64,000 bases of DNA from an uncultured Candidatus Saccharibacteria bacterium (GTDB taxonomy: Bacteria; Patescibacteriota; Saccharimonadia; Saccharimonadales; UBA10212): the NCBI GenBank assembly GCA_964514575.1, contig CAZETJ010000002.1, forward strand, positions 1,391 to 65,390, given 5' to 3'. Position numbers and translations under genes: made by a program. The notes beneath the pieces were generated by a model that worked only from the letters and a program-made list of their open reading frames with translations, was not told the DNA's origin and searched no databases. Positions 25,715-34,874 of the stretch are shown here, piece by piece; within the stretch, counting starts at the first letter, position 1; every line of letters starts with the position of its first letter.

Positions 25715-26816
25715 AAGGGATTACTACGAAGTACTTGGTGTTTCTAAGAACGCCAGCCCGGACGAGATTAAAAAGGCTTATCGGCAGCTAGCTGTCCAAC
25801 ACCACCCAGACCGCGGTGGCGATGAAGCTAAGTTCAAAGAAGTCAGCGAAGCCTACGAAGTCTTAAACGACCCCAGCAAGCGCCAACGCTACGACCAGTT
25901 CGGCCATGCCGGCGTTGGCACCAGTGCCGCCAGCGGCGGCAACCCATTTAGCGGCTTCGGTGGTTTCTCTGGCGCCGAGAACATCAACTTTGACTTCGGC
26001 GACCTGGGCCTGGGCGATATTTTTGGCAGTTTCTTTGGCGGTGATATGGGCGGGGCGCGTAACCGGCGCGGCAACCGCGGCCGAGACGTCGAAACCGATA
26101 TAGAAATTTCATTTGAACAAGCAGTTTTTGGCACTGAAGTCGAGCTTAAGCTCAACATGGAAGACGTTTGTGAGCACTGCAAAGGAACGACCGCCGAGCC
26201 TGGCTACGAGCTCAAAACCTGTCCGAACTGTAATGGCTCCGGCCAAGTAACCAACGAAATGCGGACCGTTTTTGGCAATATTCGCCAGAGCGCTACTTGT
26301 CCGCAGTGCAAAGGCCGGGGCAAGATTGCCGAAAAACCATGCAGCGTCTGCCATGGAAAGGGCACTCATCGTAAGGATCGCATGGTAACGCTTAAAATCC
26401 CGGCCGGCATTGACGATGGCGCGACTATCCGCTTGCGTGAGCATGGCGAAGCCACAGCCGGCGGCCATCAGGGTGATCTCTATGTAAACATCCGAGTCCG
26501 GCCGCACAAAAAATTCACTCGTGAGGGAGAGCTGATTTTATCAACCGAGCATATCAGTATGGTCGAAGCTGCCCTTGGCACCGAAATTGACGTCGAAACC
26601 GTCGACGGTAAGGTTCGCATGAAAATACCTGCCGGTACCCAGAGCGGAACCGACTTTAAATTATCCGGCCACGGCGTGACACACCTTAATAAATCTAGCC
26701 GCGGCGCGCATATTGTTACAGTAGTTGTCGACACGCCAATCAAACTGTCGACTAGTCAAAAGGGACTACTCGAAGAACTGCGCCATAGCGAAGGCCGTCG
26801 CGGAATTTTCAACTAA
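25707..26816 (+). CDS. dnaJ: Co-chaperone DnaJ
   Basis: GTG start with a GGAGG SD. J domain with HPD, a G/F-rich region and four CxxCxGxG zinc motifs. Confidence 0.97.
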   Translation: MAKRDYYEVLGVSKNASPDEIKKAYRQLAVQHHPDRGGDEAKFKEVSEAYEVLNDPSKRQRYDQFGHAGVGTSAASGGNPFSGFGGFSGAENINFDFGDLGLGDIFGSFFGGDMGGARNRRGNRGRDVETDIEISFEQAVFGTEVELKLNMEDVCEHCKGTTAEPGYELKTCPNCNGSGQVTNEMRTVFGNIRQSATCPQCKGRGKIAEKPCSVCHGKGTHRKDRMVTLKIPAGIDDGATIRLREHGEATAGGHQGDLYVNIRVRPHKKFTREGELILSTEHISMVEAALGTEIDVETVDGKVRMKIPAGTQSGTDFKLSGHGVTHLNKSSRGAHIVTVVVDTPIKLSTSQKGLLEELRHSEGRRGIFN

Positions 26817-26829
26817 ACTCCAAAGAGCT

Positions 26830-28722
26830 CTATTCTAGCCCTTGTCTGGCCAAGCCGCCCCACTCCACGACCGTAAAACCTGTGCGCTTGGGAGCTTTGA
26901 ATTGTTGAGCGGGTAAGTTGTACGGTTGGCCCAGGCCTTCGAAATCCAAGAAGACACGGATGACCGTTTTAGGGGCAGGGTTAATGTTTAGCGGAGCCAA
27001 TTCGTTCATCTGTTGTGTGTTTAGCCAACTCAAACGTACATAAGGCTTTTTAATAGCCAGGAGTTTTTGCCCCCAAAAGTTTATAAAATCGTTTACTTCA
27101 CCAGGCTTTAGGCCTTGCTGGGCAAGTTGAGACCGTACAGTTTGGACAGAATCTGCAGTCGGGACAATTACGCCATCCGTTATGTCAGGATAGACTCCCC
27201 AGCCATAGCCTTCCCAGAATAAGCTGGAGTAAGAATGGCCGTCATATGATAATTGGCCGTCGGGATGCGCCAGAACTTTTTGCCAGCCGCTGTTGGTGTA
27301 GAACGGATCCGATTTAGTTATCGTAGCGCCGACCTTGACTGATACATTTGTGTCTGTCTGAGGGTAAAGATAAATAACTGGCTTGGCACAGCCGCCGCGT
27401 ATAAACATATCCTCTCTTTGGTATAGAACGTATTCTCCAAACCCGTTTTTCGCCAGGAAGTAAGCATGTTTGTCGGTTATCTGTTGGACGGTTAGATTTT
27501 TTAGCGAATTATTGTCCAGGTTGCTGCCACCATCGTAGTCTTTGGTAAAAATTTCTTGAACCAGCGGTGAGCTAGTAGATAGCTGGTAGACAGCCTGGCC
27601 GGCACCAGTAGTGCCGACACTGCTTAAATCGGAAACTGAAATACTCTTGCCAATTACATAGCCGAGCGAACCGCAGCCCTGGCCGCCGCTAAAGTAGCTG
27701 CTTGAATTAGAGTCGCCGCTTGTCCAGTTAATCGATAAATTATCAGCAGAGACTAAAGTACCCGAAGGCTTATAGGAGATTGCGAATAGCGTCTTGAAGG
27801 TAGCATAAACTTCAATAACCTGAAAAGTATCTTGGTCGTTAGTCACCACTCCGTAGTAGCTAAGGCCGTCCTTGTCAGCTATTTTGTGTATTGATGCAGG
27901 ATCAGTTACAGCTCCGAATACACTGGCTCTCATCGATGCAAGCCCATTTACCAAAAGTGTCGCTGAGCTCATCGGTTCATTGCGCGTTAAATCTTGCCCG
28001 ACTACATTAACTGTGTCCGGGAAAGTTATACCACTGAGCTTATTGGTCAAATCGAAATTCACACTAGCCGCAGTAGAGCCTTGATAGGTCGCCTTGAAGG
28101 TATCTGGCGAATAGTCCATTTGAGCCAGCAAACTATAAGTACCGTCAGAGTGGTTGATCGCGTAAATGGTACCTACGGACCGTTCACCTGTTAGCCCTGG
28201 GGTGTTGATGGTGATAATTTTAGAACCGTCACTGGTGCTGCCTATCTGATAGTATTGTAGGTCGGTAAGATTTATAGAGTTGGTACAGCCAGTAGCTTGA
28301 TTAGTCTGAGTATCGTAACCGGTGCAGTCTTGACCGAAAGCATCGGTGTTTTTGAAAAGCTGAAGGCCAGATAAGCTTTTTGGAGTATCCAAGTAATTTA
28401 TATCGCTGAGATCAGTAGGTGCCGGCAAAACAGAGTTTGATGTCACCTTCTTTTTAACGAATGTTGTAACTTGCTTAACGGGGGCCTTATCGCCGTGCCT
28501 AATGACAAGGTAGGTTGTCCCGGCAGCAAGTAAAATTGTAGCCATAGCCAGGGGTATGAATATTTTTTTGTGGGAAGAGATTGTCCTCCAGATTCTAGGA
28601 TGCAGTTTAGGCGTTTTTGGTACGGCTGACGACGGGTCAGTAGATGGTGCTGGACTTTCTATAGGAGGGGATAGTGGCGGTTCCGGCGGAATAGCTGGAA
28701 CAGGATTCTCGTTATCTTGCAT
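26830..28722 (-). CDS. Large membrane-anchored surface protein, 630 aa, unknown function
   Basis: Pro-rich N-terminus, one TM (IFIPLAMATILLAAGTTYLVI) and a long extracytoplasmic region. Confidence 0.65.
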   Translation of the reverse strand: MQDNENPVPAIPPEPPLSPPIESPAPSTDPSSAVPKTPKLHPRIWRTISSHKKIFIPLAMATILLAAGTTYLVIRHGDKAPVKQVTTFVKKKVTSNSVLPAPTDLSDINYLDTPKSLSGLQLFKNTDAFGQDCTGYDTQTNQATGCTNSINLTDLQYYQIGSTSDGSKIITINTPGLTGERSVGTIYAINHSDGTYSLLAQMDYSPDTFKATYQGSTAASVNFDLTNKLSGITFPDTVNVVGQDLTRNEPMSSATLLVNGLASMRASVFGAVTDPASIHKIADKDGLSYYGVVTNDQDTFQVIEVYATFKTLFAISYKPSGTLVSADNLSINWTSGDSNSSSYFSGGQGCGSLGYVIGKSISVSDLSSVGTTGAGQAVYQLSTSSPLVQEIFTKDYDGGSNLDNNSLKNLTVQQITDKHAYFLAKNGFGEYVLYQREDMFIRGGCAKPVIYLYPQTDTNVSVKVGATITKSDPFYTNSGWQKVLAHPDGQLSYDGHSYSSLFWEGYGWGVYPDITDGVIVPTADSVQTVRSQLAQQGLKPGEVNDFINFWGQKLLAIKKPYVRLSWLNTQQMNELAPLNINPAPKTVIRVFLDFEGLGQPYNLPAQQFKAPKRTGFTVVEWGGLARQGLE

Positions 28723-28830
28723 ATGTTTAGTCTTTGGCCTAACTCTATCTCGCGCTACCTATTCTGTAAAGTATCAATTTTGCATAGACAACCTCTTCAA
28801 AAACTCGTCTGCCCAGTACATAATAAGCAT

Positions 28831-28992
28831 ATGCTTAAAAATAAAGACCAGGCTGGTTTTGTGCCGATGCTTGTCATGATAATTATTGTCCTTGGCGTAG
28901 TGGTTTGGCTTGGTTATAAGCACGTATCCGACGCTCACCAGAAAAAGATTCTGCAAAAGGCCAACCAGGTGGAGAGCTCTCTTAGTCAGTAA
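28831..28992 (+). CDS. Small single-TM protein, 53 aa
   Basis: MLKNKDQAGFVPMLVMIIIVLGVVVWLGY... This is the internal ATG of track ORF 28717..28992. Confidence 0.4.
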   Translation: MLKNKDQAGFVPMLVMIIIVLGVVVWLGYKHVSDAHQKKILQKANQVESSLSQ

Positions 28993-29062
28993 CGGGCTTT
29001 ATTAGACGGCTGACGCATGCTTAGTATTGATAAAAATGTAAAAAGGTGTTAGAATAACCGCC

Positions 29063-29572
29063 GTGTTACCAGATAAAACAATCATAGGGCGAGGGGAGAG
29101 CGTAAACTTCCCATCCATTGGTCTAAAGAATATCCCCGCCAAAATAGATACCGGCGCGGACTCTTCTTCTATTTGGTGCAGTAAAGTTAAGATGAGAGAC
29201 GGCAGTTTAAGTTGCGTACTATTCGCTCCCGGCAGTAAGTACTATACCGGCGACGAGATAGTTTTTGGGGCCAGCGAACTTGAAGTCACAAGAGTGGCCA
29301 GTTCATTTGGACATAAGCAATTGCGCTACAAAGTTAAACTACCCGTAGAGATAAAAGGCAGGACGATTAGAGCCAGCTTTACTCTTACCGACCGGTCCAC
29401 AAAGCTCTACCCAATTCTGATTGGACGTAGTACTCTACAAGGGAAATTTGTAGTCGATGTTACGAAAGATAGCCCGCTGGGAAAACAAGAGACTGCCCGC
29501 AAAAAACGATTACAAAGTGAAATGAAACGAATCAAGGAAGAACTCGATAGTGAAAATAGCAATCTTATCTAA
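29063..29572 (+). CDS. Retropepsin-like / ATP-dependent zinc protease-family protein (RimK-associated)
   Basis: AKIDTGADSSSIW (D-T-G). Overlaps the rimK start. Confidence 0.7.
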   Translation: MLPDKTIIGRGESVNFPSIGLKNIPAKIDTGADSSSIWCSKVKMRDGSLSCVLFAPGSKYYTGDEIVFGASELEVTRVASSFGHKQLRYKVKLPVEIKGRTIRASFTLTDRSTKLYPILIGRSTLQGKFVVDVTKDSPLGKQETARKKRLQSEMKRIKEELDSENSNLI

Positions 29573-30476
29573 AGGACCAGGTAACTACTCGACCAAGCGG
29601 CTGAAAGAAGAGGCCCTCAAGCACGGCCATGAAGTCGAGGTTATAAACTATGCCCGCTGCGAAGCAAAAATCCAAGAAAATAACCAAGTTATTACTTACG
29701 ACGGTGAAGAACTCAAAGGCTACGACGTCATTATTCCGCGAATTGCTTCGTCTTTTACACGCTATGGTTCGGCCATCGTCCGCCAGTTCGAGATGCAAGG
29801 CGTCTTTACGACAGCCAGCTCGATCGCTATTGTCCGCTCGCGCGACAAGCTAAGAGCCACCCAATTATTGGCGCGCGCTGGCATCGGTATTCCCAAAACG
29901 ATTTTTTCTAGAGGCATGTTAAACCCCGAAGAGATTGATAAGCTTGTCGAAGAGCTAGGCGGCCCGCCAATAATTATCAAGCTGGCTCGTGGTACGCATG
30001 GCCGTGGTGTTGTCTTGGCCGAAACCCGCAAAGCTGCCCGCTCAGTTTTGCAGGGCTTTTACCTTATGGAAGAAGAAGGCACCAACATTTTATTGCAAGA
30101 GTATATCGAAGAGGCCTCCGGAACTGATATTCGTGCTTTCGTGGTTGGCGGTAAAGTTGTTGCCTCCATGAGACGCCAAAGTGTCAATTCCGAGGATGAA
30201 TTCCGCTCTAACCTCCATCAGGGCGGCACCGGTTCGGTTGTTAAGCTAACTGACGAGGAAAAACGAATCGCCACTAAGGCCGCCCGGGCAATGGGGTTGT
30301 CGATTTGCGGTGTGGACATGGTCCGCTCCAAGCGTGGACCGCTAGTTCTGGAAGTTAATTCCAGCCCTGGTTTCGCGATCGAAAAAGTTACCGGCCGCAA
30401 TGTCGGCGAAAAAATTATCGAATATATCGAACAAAACGCCAAAGCTCGCCGCCGCAAAGACCGCGTCGGCGCCTAA
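29550..30476 (+). CDS. rimK: ATP-grasp ribosomal protein S6 glutamate ligase RimK
   Basis: MKIAILSK... PPIIIKLARGTHGRGVVL ... CGVDMVRSKRGPLVLEVNSSPG. Confidence 0.9.
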   Translation: MKIAILSKGPGNYSTKRLKEEALKHGHEVEVINYARCEAKIQENNQVITYDGEELKGYDVIIPRIASSFTRYGSAIVRQFEMQGVFTTASSIAIVRSRDKLRATQLLARAGIGIPKTIFSRGMLNPEEIDKLVEELGGPPIIIKLARGTHGRGVVLAETRKAARSVLQGFYLMEEEGTNILLQEYIEEASGTDIRAFVVGGKVVASMRRQSVNSEDEFRSNLHQGGTGSVVKLTDEEKRIATKAARAMGLSICGVDMVRSKRGPLVLEVNSSPGFAIEKVTGRNVGEKIIEYIEQNAKARRRKDRVGA

Positions 30477-30511
30477 CCCCGGTTAACTAGATATAAAATT
30501 GCTGTTAGAAT

Positions 30512-30988
30512 GTGCTTATGCCTGACATCCTGTTGGCCGTAATGGTTTTTGGCCCTTTAGTTATTACTTATTTTTTAAAAAGCAACGCGGCGCTTAGCTT
30601 CTTAGCACTCTGTGTAGGTTTTGTCCTGAGCACCTCAGTAATAGGCGACTTGAAGCACCTACTGAGCGAGACCCATCTTTCGATTGCCAACGACACGCTC
30701 GGAGCAGTTCTTGTGCTGGTGCCGTTTTTGCTGACGCTACTACTTAGCCGGCACGGGCATAGCCGCGGGCCAATGTTCTTCTTCCAACTTCTGGCGGCGT
30801 TAGCCGGCGGCGGCTTGCTTGCATTGTCGCTCGGGCCGCTGCTGACTTCCAGCTCAAGCTTTGATATTACCAACTCTAGTGCTTGGAACGAGCTGACCAA
30901 AGTCCAGGCCGGTGTCATTGGCTTTGGTAGCCTGCTCAGTTTACTGTTAGTCTGGACGCACAGTTACAAGCACACCAAGAAGCACTGA
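30512..30988 (+). CDS. Hypothetical polytopic membrane protein, 158 aa
   Basis: Four or five hydrophobic helices. Confidence 0.55.
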   Translation: MLMPDILLAVMVFGPLVITYFLKSNAALSFLALCVGFVLSTSVIGDLKHLLSETHLSIANDTLGAVLVLVPFLLTLLLSRHGHSRGPMFFFQLLAALAGGGLLALSLGPLLTSSSSFDITNSSAWNELTKVQAGVIGFGSLLSLLLVWTHSYKHTKKH

Positions 30989-31044
30989 TTGATTTTTCGG
31001 GTTAAAAAACAGATAATGTAAGGTGTTAAATTTCCCTATAGTTT

Positions 31045-31163
31045 AACCCAATTTTGCAAATCGGGGGTCTAGTAACCGTTTACAAAATTGAGAGGAGCGA
31101 CATAGCGCTAAGCCGAAGCTTTTACGAAACAGTAAAACGAGGAAAGCGCGTAAGTCGCGACGA
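31045..31163 (+). ncRNA. Structured tRNA 5' leader, copy A
   Basis: P0 31052-60/31079-87; box GAGAGGAG 31090-97; P1 GCGAC 31097-101 / GTCGC 31154-58; TAAGCCGAAGC; P2 31120-25/31132-37; GACGA 31159-63. Confidence 0.6.
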
Positions 31164-31241
31164 GGGCCCATAGCTCAGCCTGGTTAGAGCAGCGGCCTTT
31201 TAAGCCGCGTGTCGTGGGTTCAAATCCCACTGGGCCCTCCA
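31164..31241 (+). tRNA. tRNA-Lys (UUU)
   Basis: Cloverleaf folded by hand. Anticodon loop CUUUUAA. CCA encoded. Confidence 0.9.
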
Positions 31242-31290
31242 CAATAAAATCCAGTCGAGAGGCCGTTTTTAATCGTAAGCGATTAATTTA

Positions 31291-32739
31291 TTGCTCGCTT
31301 TCTGGCATGATGGATTTATGCGCAGGCTTCGGCGGACAACCTTAATTACCGCTGGCTGTTTATCGATCTTGGCTGGTTTGGGCTTAGCCCGCATAGTATC
31401 TTTTTCACCAAGCGACTGGCTGATATTTCTCTGGCCGATAGTATTATTACTTAAACGAAAAAATCTGACAGCCTTATTTCTGGTTGTATTACTCGGCATT
31501 GGCGTGGGTCTATGGCGGGGCACGCTATATATGCAAAAGCTGGGGCAACTCAGGCAGCTGACGGGACAACAGGTGATTGTCCAAGCTATGGCTACTAGCG
31601 ACTCGGTTTATTCGTCGGGCAACCAAATGGAATTCACTGCTAATAAGTCAGTGCTAATACCGCAACAACAACCGTTGGCAGGCTCTTTCAAAATCAGCGG
31701 CTTCGGCGTCCACATGGTTTATCGTGGCGATACAGTAAGAGTCGCCGGTAAACTTTATGCGATGCGCGGCTCAAACCAGGCCCGGATCTCTTACGCGCAG
31801 CTAGCCGTCGTTCAGGCTGGGCACAGTTGGTCTAGTGATTTATCGCGCCGATTCTCAGCGGGCATGCAGAATGCTCTGCCGGAGCCGCAGTCCAGTTTTG
31901 GTATGGGGCTATTGATCGGCCAGCGCATTAATTTGCCAGAACTAATTACGGCCGAACTAACTGCCGTTGGCCTAGTGCATATTGTGGCGGTCAGCGGTTA
32001 CAACCTGACGATCTTGATCCGCGGTGTTCAACGGCTACGACTAAGATCCAAGTACCAACAGTTAGCTGTTTCACTGGTTCTGATCGCTACCTTCATTACG
32101 ATCACTGGTTTTAGTGCTTCAATTGTCCGGGCGGCTTTGGTCAGTTCTCTCAGCCTATGGGCATGGTATTATGGCCGGCGTATCAAGCCGGCTGTACTCA
32201 TTGGTTTCGCGGCAGCTTTGACGGGAATGATTAACCCGTTTTATGTCTGGGGCGATATGAGCTGGTACCTATCTTTTCTGGCGTTTTTTGGCGTTATGAT
32301 TATCGCACCGATCATACAAGCCCGCCTGTTTAAAAAATCTCCCAAAATTCTGACCAGCGTTTTAATTGAAACGCTAAGCGCCGAGCTGATGACTCTGCCG
32401 ATAATTATGTTGAGCTTCAATCAACTATCAATGGTGGCCTTACTGGCCAATGTGATGATAGTACCGCTAGTGCCGGTCGCTATGTTGCTGGCCGCAATAG
32501 CCGGCACGGCCGGTATGCTTATCCCTCAGGTTGCCGGCTGGTTCGCTTTGCCGGCTCGGTTACTTTTGACGTATATGTTAGATATCATTCACCTGCTGGC
32601 TTCGATTCCGTCGGTTCTGATGCATCTATCAATCAGCGTGACCTATATGCTCGCCTTTTATATAGCTGTATTGATGGTTCTTTTAGTTGCTCACAAACAC
32701 ATCAAAAATAAAAAACCGGCTGACTTCGCACGAATTTAA
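31291..32739 (+). CDS. comEC: DNA internalisation competence protein ComEC/Rec2 (membrane channel part)
   Basis: Polytopic, with the GLVHIVAVSGYNLTIL competence-domain motif. Start uncertain (TTG 31291 or ATG 31318). Confidence 0.8.
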   Translation: MLAFWHDGFMRRLRRTTLITAGCLSILAGLGLARIVSFSPSDWLIFLWPIVLLLKRKNLTALFLVVLLGIGVGLWRGTLYMQKLGQLRQLTGQQVIVQAMATSDSVYSSGNQMEFTANKSVLIPQQQPLAGSFKISGFGVHMVYRGDTVRVAGKLYAMRGSNQARISYAQLAVVQAGHSWSSDLSRRFSAGMQNALPEPQSSFGMGLLIGQRINLPELITAELTAVGLVHIVAVSGYNLTILIRGVQRLRLRSKYQQLAVSLVLIATFITITGFSASIVRAALVSSLSLWAWYYGRRIKPAVLIGFAAALTGMINPFYVWGDMSWYLSFLAFFGVMIIAPIIQARLFKKSPKILTSVLIETLSAELMTLPIIMLSFNQLSMVALLANVMIVPLVPVAMLLAAIAGTAGMLIPQVAGWFALPARLLLTYMLDIIHLLASIPSVLMHLSISVTYMLAFYIAVLMVLLVAHKHIKNKKPADFARI

Positions 32740-32747
32740 TAAAAGAA

Positions 32748-32773
32748 AATGGGCGGTCCGGAGACCGCCCATT
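32748..32773 (-). terminator. Perfect hairpin AATGGGCGGTC cgga GACCGCCCATT
   Basis: Lies 2 nt after the minus-strand high-GC ORF stop. Followed on the minus strand by TTTCTTTTATT. Confidence 0.8.
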
Positions 32774-32775
32774 CC

Positions 32776-33264
32776 TCACTTGCCCCGGTCGAGATAGCTG
32801 TAGGTGCTGATCGTGTTGGAGGGGTATCCCTCCACGAAGGCCTCGGCCTGGACCTCGAAGATCCACGAGTCATCGACCCCGGAAGAAGGACCCGGGGGCG
32901 TCAGGACGTCGTAACGAATCTTCGGGATCGTCTGCCATGCCTGGAGCGTGTAGTGCAACGTGCGCACATTCCACGGTCCGTTCGACGAGCTCGAATCCCA
33001 GGACGTGAACTCCACGGTGACGTGCTGGACCTGCGCAGAGCGTGAGCTCAGTGAGAACAGATAGGTCATGTGGCCGTTCCAGACGTAGTACGACGCCGGC
33101 GAGAAGTTCGCATTCCAGCCAAGGACGGCTGGCTGCGGGTAGTGCGCGTCCGCTGGTGCGGCCTTGGCAATCGCTGCGAGAGCGAGTGCTCCGAGGCAGA
33201 AGACGAAGATCACGCAGCCCAGCGCAAAGATACGCTTGGGCCCTTGCGGGATAATCCTAGACAC
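32776..33264 (-). CDS. Secreted protein, about 162 aa, on high-GC island 3
   Basis: GTG start with AAAGGA 7 nt upstream. Signal peptide ...FALGCVIFVFCLGALALAAIAKAAPADA. Strong G/C third positions. Family not recognised. Confidence 0.7.
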   Translation of the reverse strand: MSRIIPQGPKRIFALGCVIFVFCLGALALAAIAKAAPADAHYPQPAVLGWNANFSPASYYVWNGHMTYLFSLSSRSAQVQHVTVEFTSWDSSSSNGPWNVRTLHYTLQAWQTIPKIRYDVLTPPGPSSGVDDSWIFEVQAEAFVEGYPSNTISTYSYLDRGK

Positions 33265-33403
33265 GGAAGTGTCCTTTCGACGGGGGAATGATAGCAAATG
33301 AGGTGCTCCGGCGAGGGAGCGGGCCACAAAAGTGGCGCATCACCCCACAGGATTCGAATATTTTAGCATAAACGTTATAAAAAAGCAACTCCCAGGCTGT
33401 GTT

Positions 33404-33425
33404 AACACCTTAAAAGTGTTAAAAT
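33404..33425 (+). promoter_or_regulatory. AACACCTTAAAA box plus an extended -10 (TGtTAAAAT), 6 nt before the yebC ATG
   Basis: The same 12-mer recurs at 38414-38425 in front of another -10 box. Confidence 0.45.
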
Positions 33426-33431
33426 AGGGGT

Positions 33432-34163
33432 ATGAGTGGTCATAGCAAGTGGTCAACAATCAAGCGCCAAAAAGGTGTTAACGATGCCAAGCGCGGCGCT
33501 TTGTTTACTAAATTGGGCAACCAGATCGCCATAGCGGCTAGGTCAGGCACTGACCCCGCCACTAATTCTTCCTTAGCTATGGTGATCGAGAAAGCCAAAA
33601 AAGCCAGCATGCCAAATGTAAATATCGAGCGTTCTATTGCCCGGGCAGCTGATAAATCTGCAGTCGCCTTAGAAGAGAACATGTATGAGGGCTATGGCTC
33701 GGGCGGCGTCGCGGTCTTGGTCGAAGTAGCCACTGATAATAAAAACCGTACTTACCCCGAAGTCCGTGCGGCCTTTTCCAAACATGGCGGCAGTCTGGCC
33801 GGCGCTGGCAGCGTGGCTTTCCAGTTTAGCCGCAAGGGCGTGATTCGTCTAAAAGGTCTTGGGGAAGATTTGGAGTTGGCAGCTATTGAAGCCGGCGCCG
33901 AAGATGTTTATGAAGAACCAGAAACCAGTGAAACCGTTGTTCACACGGCTCCAACCGAATTGGCCAAAGTCCGAGACGCCCTGATTGCCGCGGGGCTAGA
34001 AGTTGAGGACGCCGAGCTGACCTACGTGCCCAACGATGTTATTAAAGTTTCCGATAGCGAGACTGCCCGTAAAGTTATGAACCTTATGAATGCCCTGGAA
34101 GACATCGATGAAGTCGTGGCTACGCACACCAATTTTGATATAGACGAAGGCGTGCAGGTTTAG
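33432..34163 (+). CDS. yebC: YebC/PmpR family DNA-binding regulator
   Basis: MSGHSKWSTIKRQKG..DAKRG..F.KL is a hallmark N-terminus. Confidence 0.95.
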   Translation: MSGHSKWSTIKRQKGVNDAKRGALFTKLGNQIAIAARSGTDPATNSSLAMVIEKAKKASMPNVNIERSIARAADKSAVALEENMYEGYGSGGVAVLVEVATDNKNRTYPEVRAAFSKHGGSLAGAGSVAFQFSRKGVIRLKGLGEDLELAAIEAGAEDVYEEPETSETVVHTAPTELAKVRDALIAAGLEVEDAELTYVPNDVIKVSDSETARKVMNLMNALEDIDEVVATHTNFDIDEGVQV

Positions 34164-34165
34164 CC

Positions 34166-34804
34166 ATGAGATTATTTTTATCAAGCGAGAACCTGGGCGA
34201 ATACCCAGAAGCATTTATTGAGCTGGTCGGCGACAACAACAAGCTGGCCTTTATCGAAAATGCTAAAGACGACTGGACGCTTGATGATCGTACCGCTAAA
34301 CTCCAAGAGCACAAGCATCAGTTCAGACAGCTTGGCTTTGACGTTCATGAGCTAGACCTTAGAGATTTCTTTGGTAAAGCCGATAAGCTAGACAATTGGC
34401 TAAAAGATTTTGGTGGCGTGTTCGCTGCCGGTGGAAATTCATTTATACTACGTCGCGCCATGGCCCAAAGCGGTCTAGACAAGATCCTGATAAAACGGAC
34501 GAAAGATGACTCCGTAGCTTACGGCGGTTCAAGCGCTGGGAGCATAGTCGTTACGCCAAGCTTAAGGGGTAGCGAACATGGTGATTATCCTGATGTTGTG
34601 CCCAAAGGCTACGATAAAAAAATAATTTGGAAAGGGCTAAGCCTGGTCCCGTTTTATGTCGTGCCGCACTACAAGTCGAGTTGGTGGGGCGAGGAGGCTG
34701 ACATTATGGTCCGGAAACTCAAGGCCAAGGACTCACGCCATTACAAATTGCGAGACGGACAAGTCATAGTCGTTGAGGCTGGTAAAATCGAGTATCTAAA
34801 ATGA
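34166..34804 (+). CDS. Peptidase S51 (dipeptidase E-like)
   Basis: GGNSFILRRAM and GGSSAGSIV (Ser nucleophile context). Confidence 0.7.
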   Translation: MRLFLSSENLGEYPEAFIELVGDNNKLAFIENAKDDWTLDDRTAKLQEHKHQFRQLGFDVHELDLRDFFGKADKLDNWLKDFGGVFAAGGNSFILRRAMAQSGLDKILIKRTKDDSVAYGGSSAGSIVVTPSLRGSEHGDYPDVVPKGYDKKIIWKGLSLVPFYVVPHYKSSWWGEEADIMVRKLKAKDSRHYKLRDGQVIVVEAGKIEYLK

Positions 34805-34805
34805 G

Positions 34806-34874
34806 TCCCGTTAAAGCTAAGTATTTTTATAAAATCTGCCGGTTCGCTTGGCAGCGAGCCGGAGCTCTAACGGG
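34806..34874. mobile_element. MITE-like element, copy 1 (13-bp terminal inverted repeats, flanked by ATGAG/ATGAG)
   Basis: TCCCGTTAAAGCT ... AGCTCTAACGGG(A). Inner hairpin CTGCC/GGCAG. About 80% identical to 50887-50964. Confidence 0.6.

Noticed and set aside
31120-31137. T-box-like specifier idea: does the P2 loop carry the codon of the downstream tRNA?
   Set aside because: AAA appears in the Lys copy and CCA in the Pro copy. The His, fMet and Gly copies show no matching codon, so the pattern is not consistent.
31087-31170. Possible leader peptide after the SD-like GAGAGGAG box of the tRNA leaders (IALSRSF.., LALSRSF*, IGSGRSF..)
   Set aside because: There is no ATG/GTG/TTG at the right spacing (the codons there are ATA, TTA or AGC). 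The peptide lengths vary from 7 to 28 codons and run into the tRNA. The similarity simply follows from the conserved nucleotides.
32749-33291. Plus-strand ORFs on island 3 (98, 70, 73 aa), and similar ORFs on island 4 (52453..52995)
   Set aside because: They are Arg-rich alternative frames of GC-rich genes with no initiation signals.
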